This document shows positions 63,493-64,000 of a DNA stretch of 64,000 nucleotides, piece after piece. Each line of letters starts with the position of its first letter. The stretch's first letter is position 1. The notes under the pieces were generated by a model. That model was not told the DNA's origin and searched no databases. It saw nothing but the letters and a program-made list of their open reading frames with translations. Source of the stretch: Cirrosporium novae-zelandiae. Its lineage: Eukaryota. The position numbers and the translations under genes were made by a program. The stretch lies in NCBI GenBank assembly GCA_026023565.1, contig JAPETS010000003.1, positions 806,001 through 870,000 on the forward strand, written 5' to 3'.

Positions 63493-64000
63493 TTAAATCT
63501 CTGACAATCCATTATCGTTTCCGAGCGTCCCCAGAATCCCAAGGTTAACCTCTCTGTCAATAACTGCCGGTCCTTGAACGATTACCTGATTGTATTGTTA
63601 GTACAACATTCAGTCAACGCAAGAAAACATCAGCTTACCTCTCCCTTCGGATCTTCCTCGTCCGTGGTTTTATATTCACCCTTATCCTTAAGTAGAATCT
63701 CAACGCTGCTTAAAGGTGCTCCAAAGTATCCCTTTGACCCCGTTGGCTGACGACGATAGTCAAAGCAATGTGTTTGGGCTATAGCACCAGCAACTTTGCC
63801 GGAAGTGAGAGCATATATAATTCGAGTATCTAGAGCAGCTCTGAGGTTGGATAGAGCGTCGGGGTTTAGCGAGGGCTCTAATTCAGTGGATGATCGTTTA
63901 GATATGAGAAGCAGCCGTAGTTTATTAACGGCCTTTGCTACGGCTGCATCTGTCGCAACTAAAGTGGCCAAGACGCTTGAACTAGGCATATATCCAGCAT
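63493..64000 (-). CDS. 3' end of an AMP-binding / acyl-CoA-synthetase-like protein (truncated by the window edge)
   Basis: RIIYALTSGKVAGAIAQT..DYR, GYFGAPLSSVEILLKD, intron at ~63638, last exon VIVQGPAV...stop at 63493. Confidence 0.6.

Overview
Filamentous ascomycete (Pezizomycotina-type) nuclear DNA with short GT-AG introns. From ~2 to 34.3 kb and from ~60.8 to 64 kb it holds mostly conserved housekeeping genes: eIF3d, a Rim15 kinase, an AA9 LPMO, a GH29 fucosidase, a PhoD phosphatase, HapX, Ugo1, mitochondrial ferredoxin, Rrp15, SRP54, mitochondrial L19, a conserved mitochondrial protein and the 3' end of an AMP-binding-type gene. Between SRP54 and L19 (~34.5-60.2 kb) lies an accessory island. 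Its most striking content is a tandemly duplicated, intact, head-to-head two-gene module: a patatin-like phospholipase with a C-terminal C2H2-like finger, paired with a small ~112-123 aa protein I cannot assign. Paralogous introns sit at identical positions in both copies. The island also holds a HET-domain pseudogene, MITE-like elements, and a P450 pseudogene split by a 1.5 kb transposase-free insertion. That insertion is flanked by TTGACC direct repeats, carries a retropepsin-like gene, and its left 50 bp recur just upstream of the HET gene. At ~14 kb there is a frameshifted secreted repeat-peptide precursor candidate. Exon boundaries were read by eye and family calls come from motif recognition; no searches were run.
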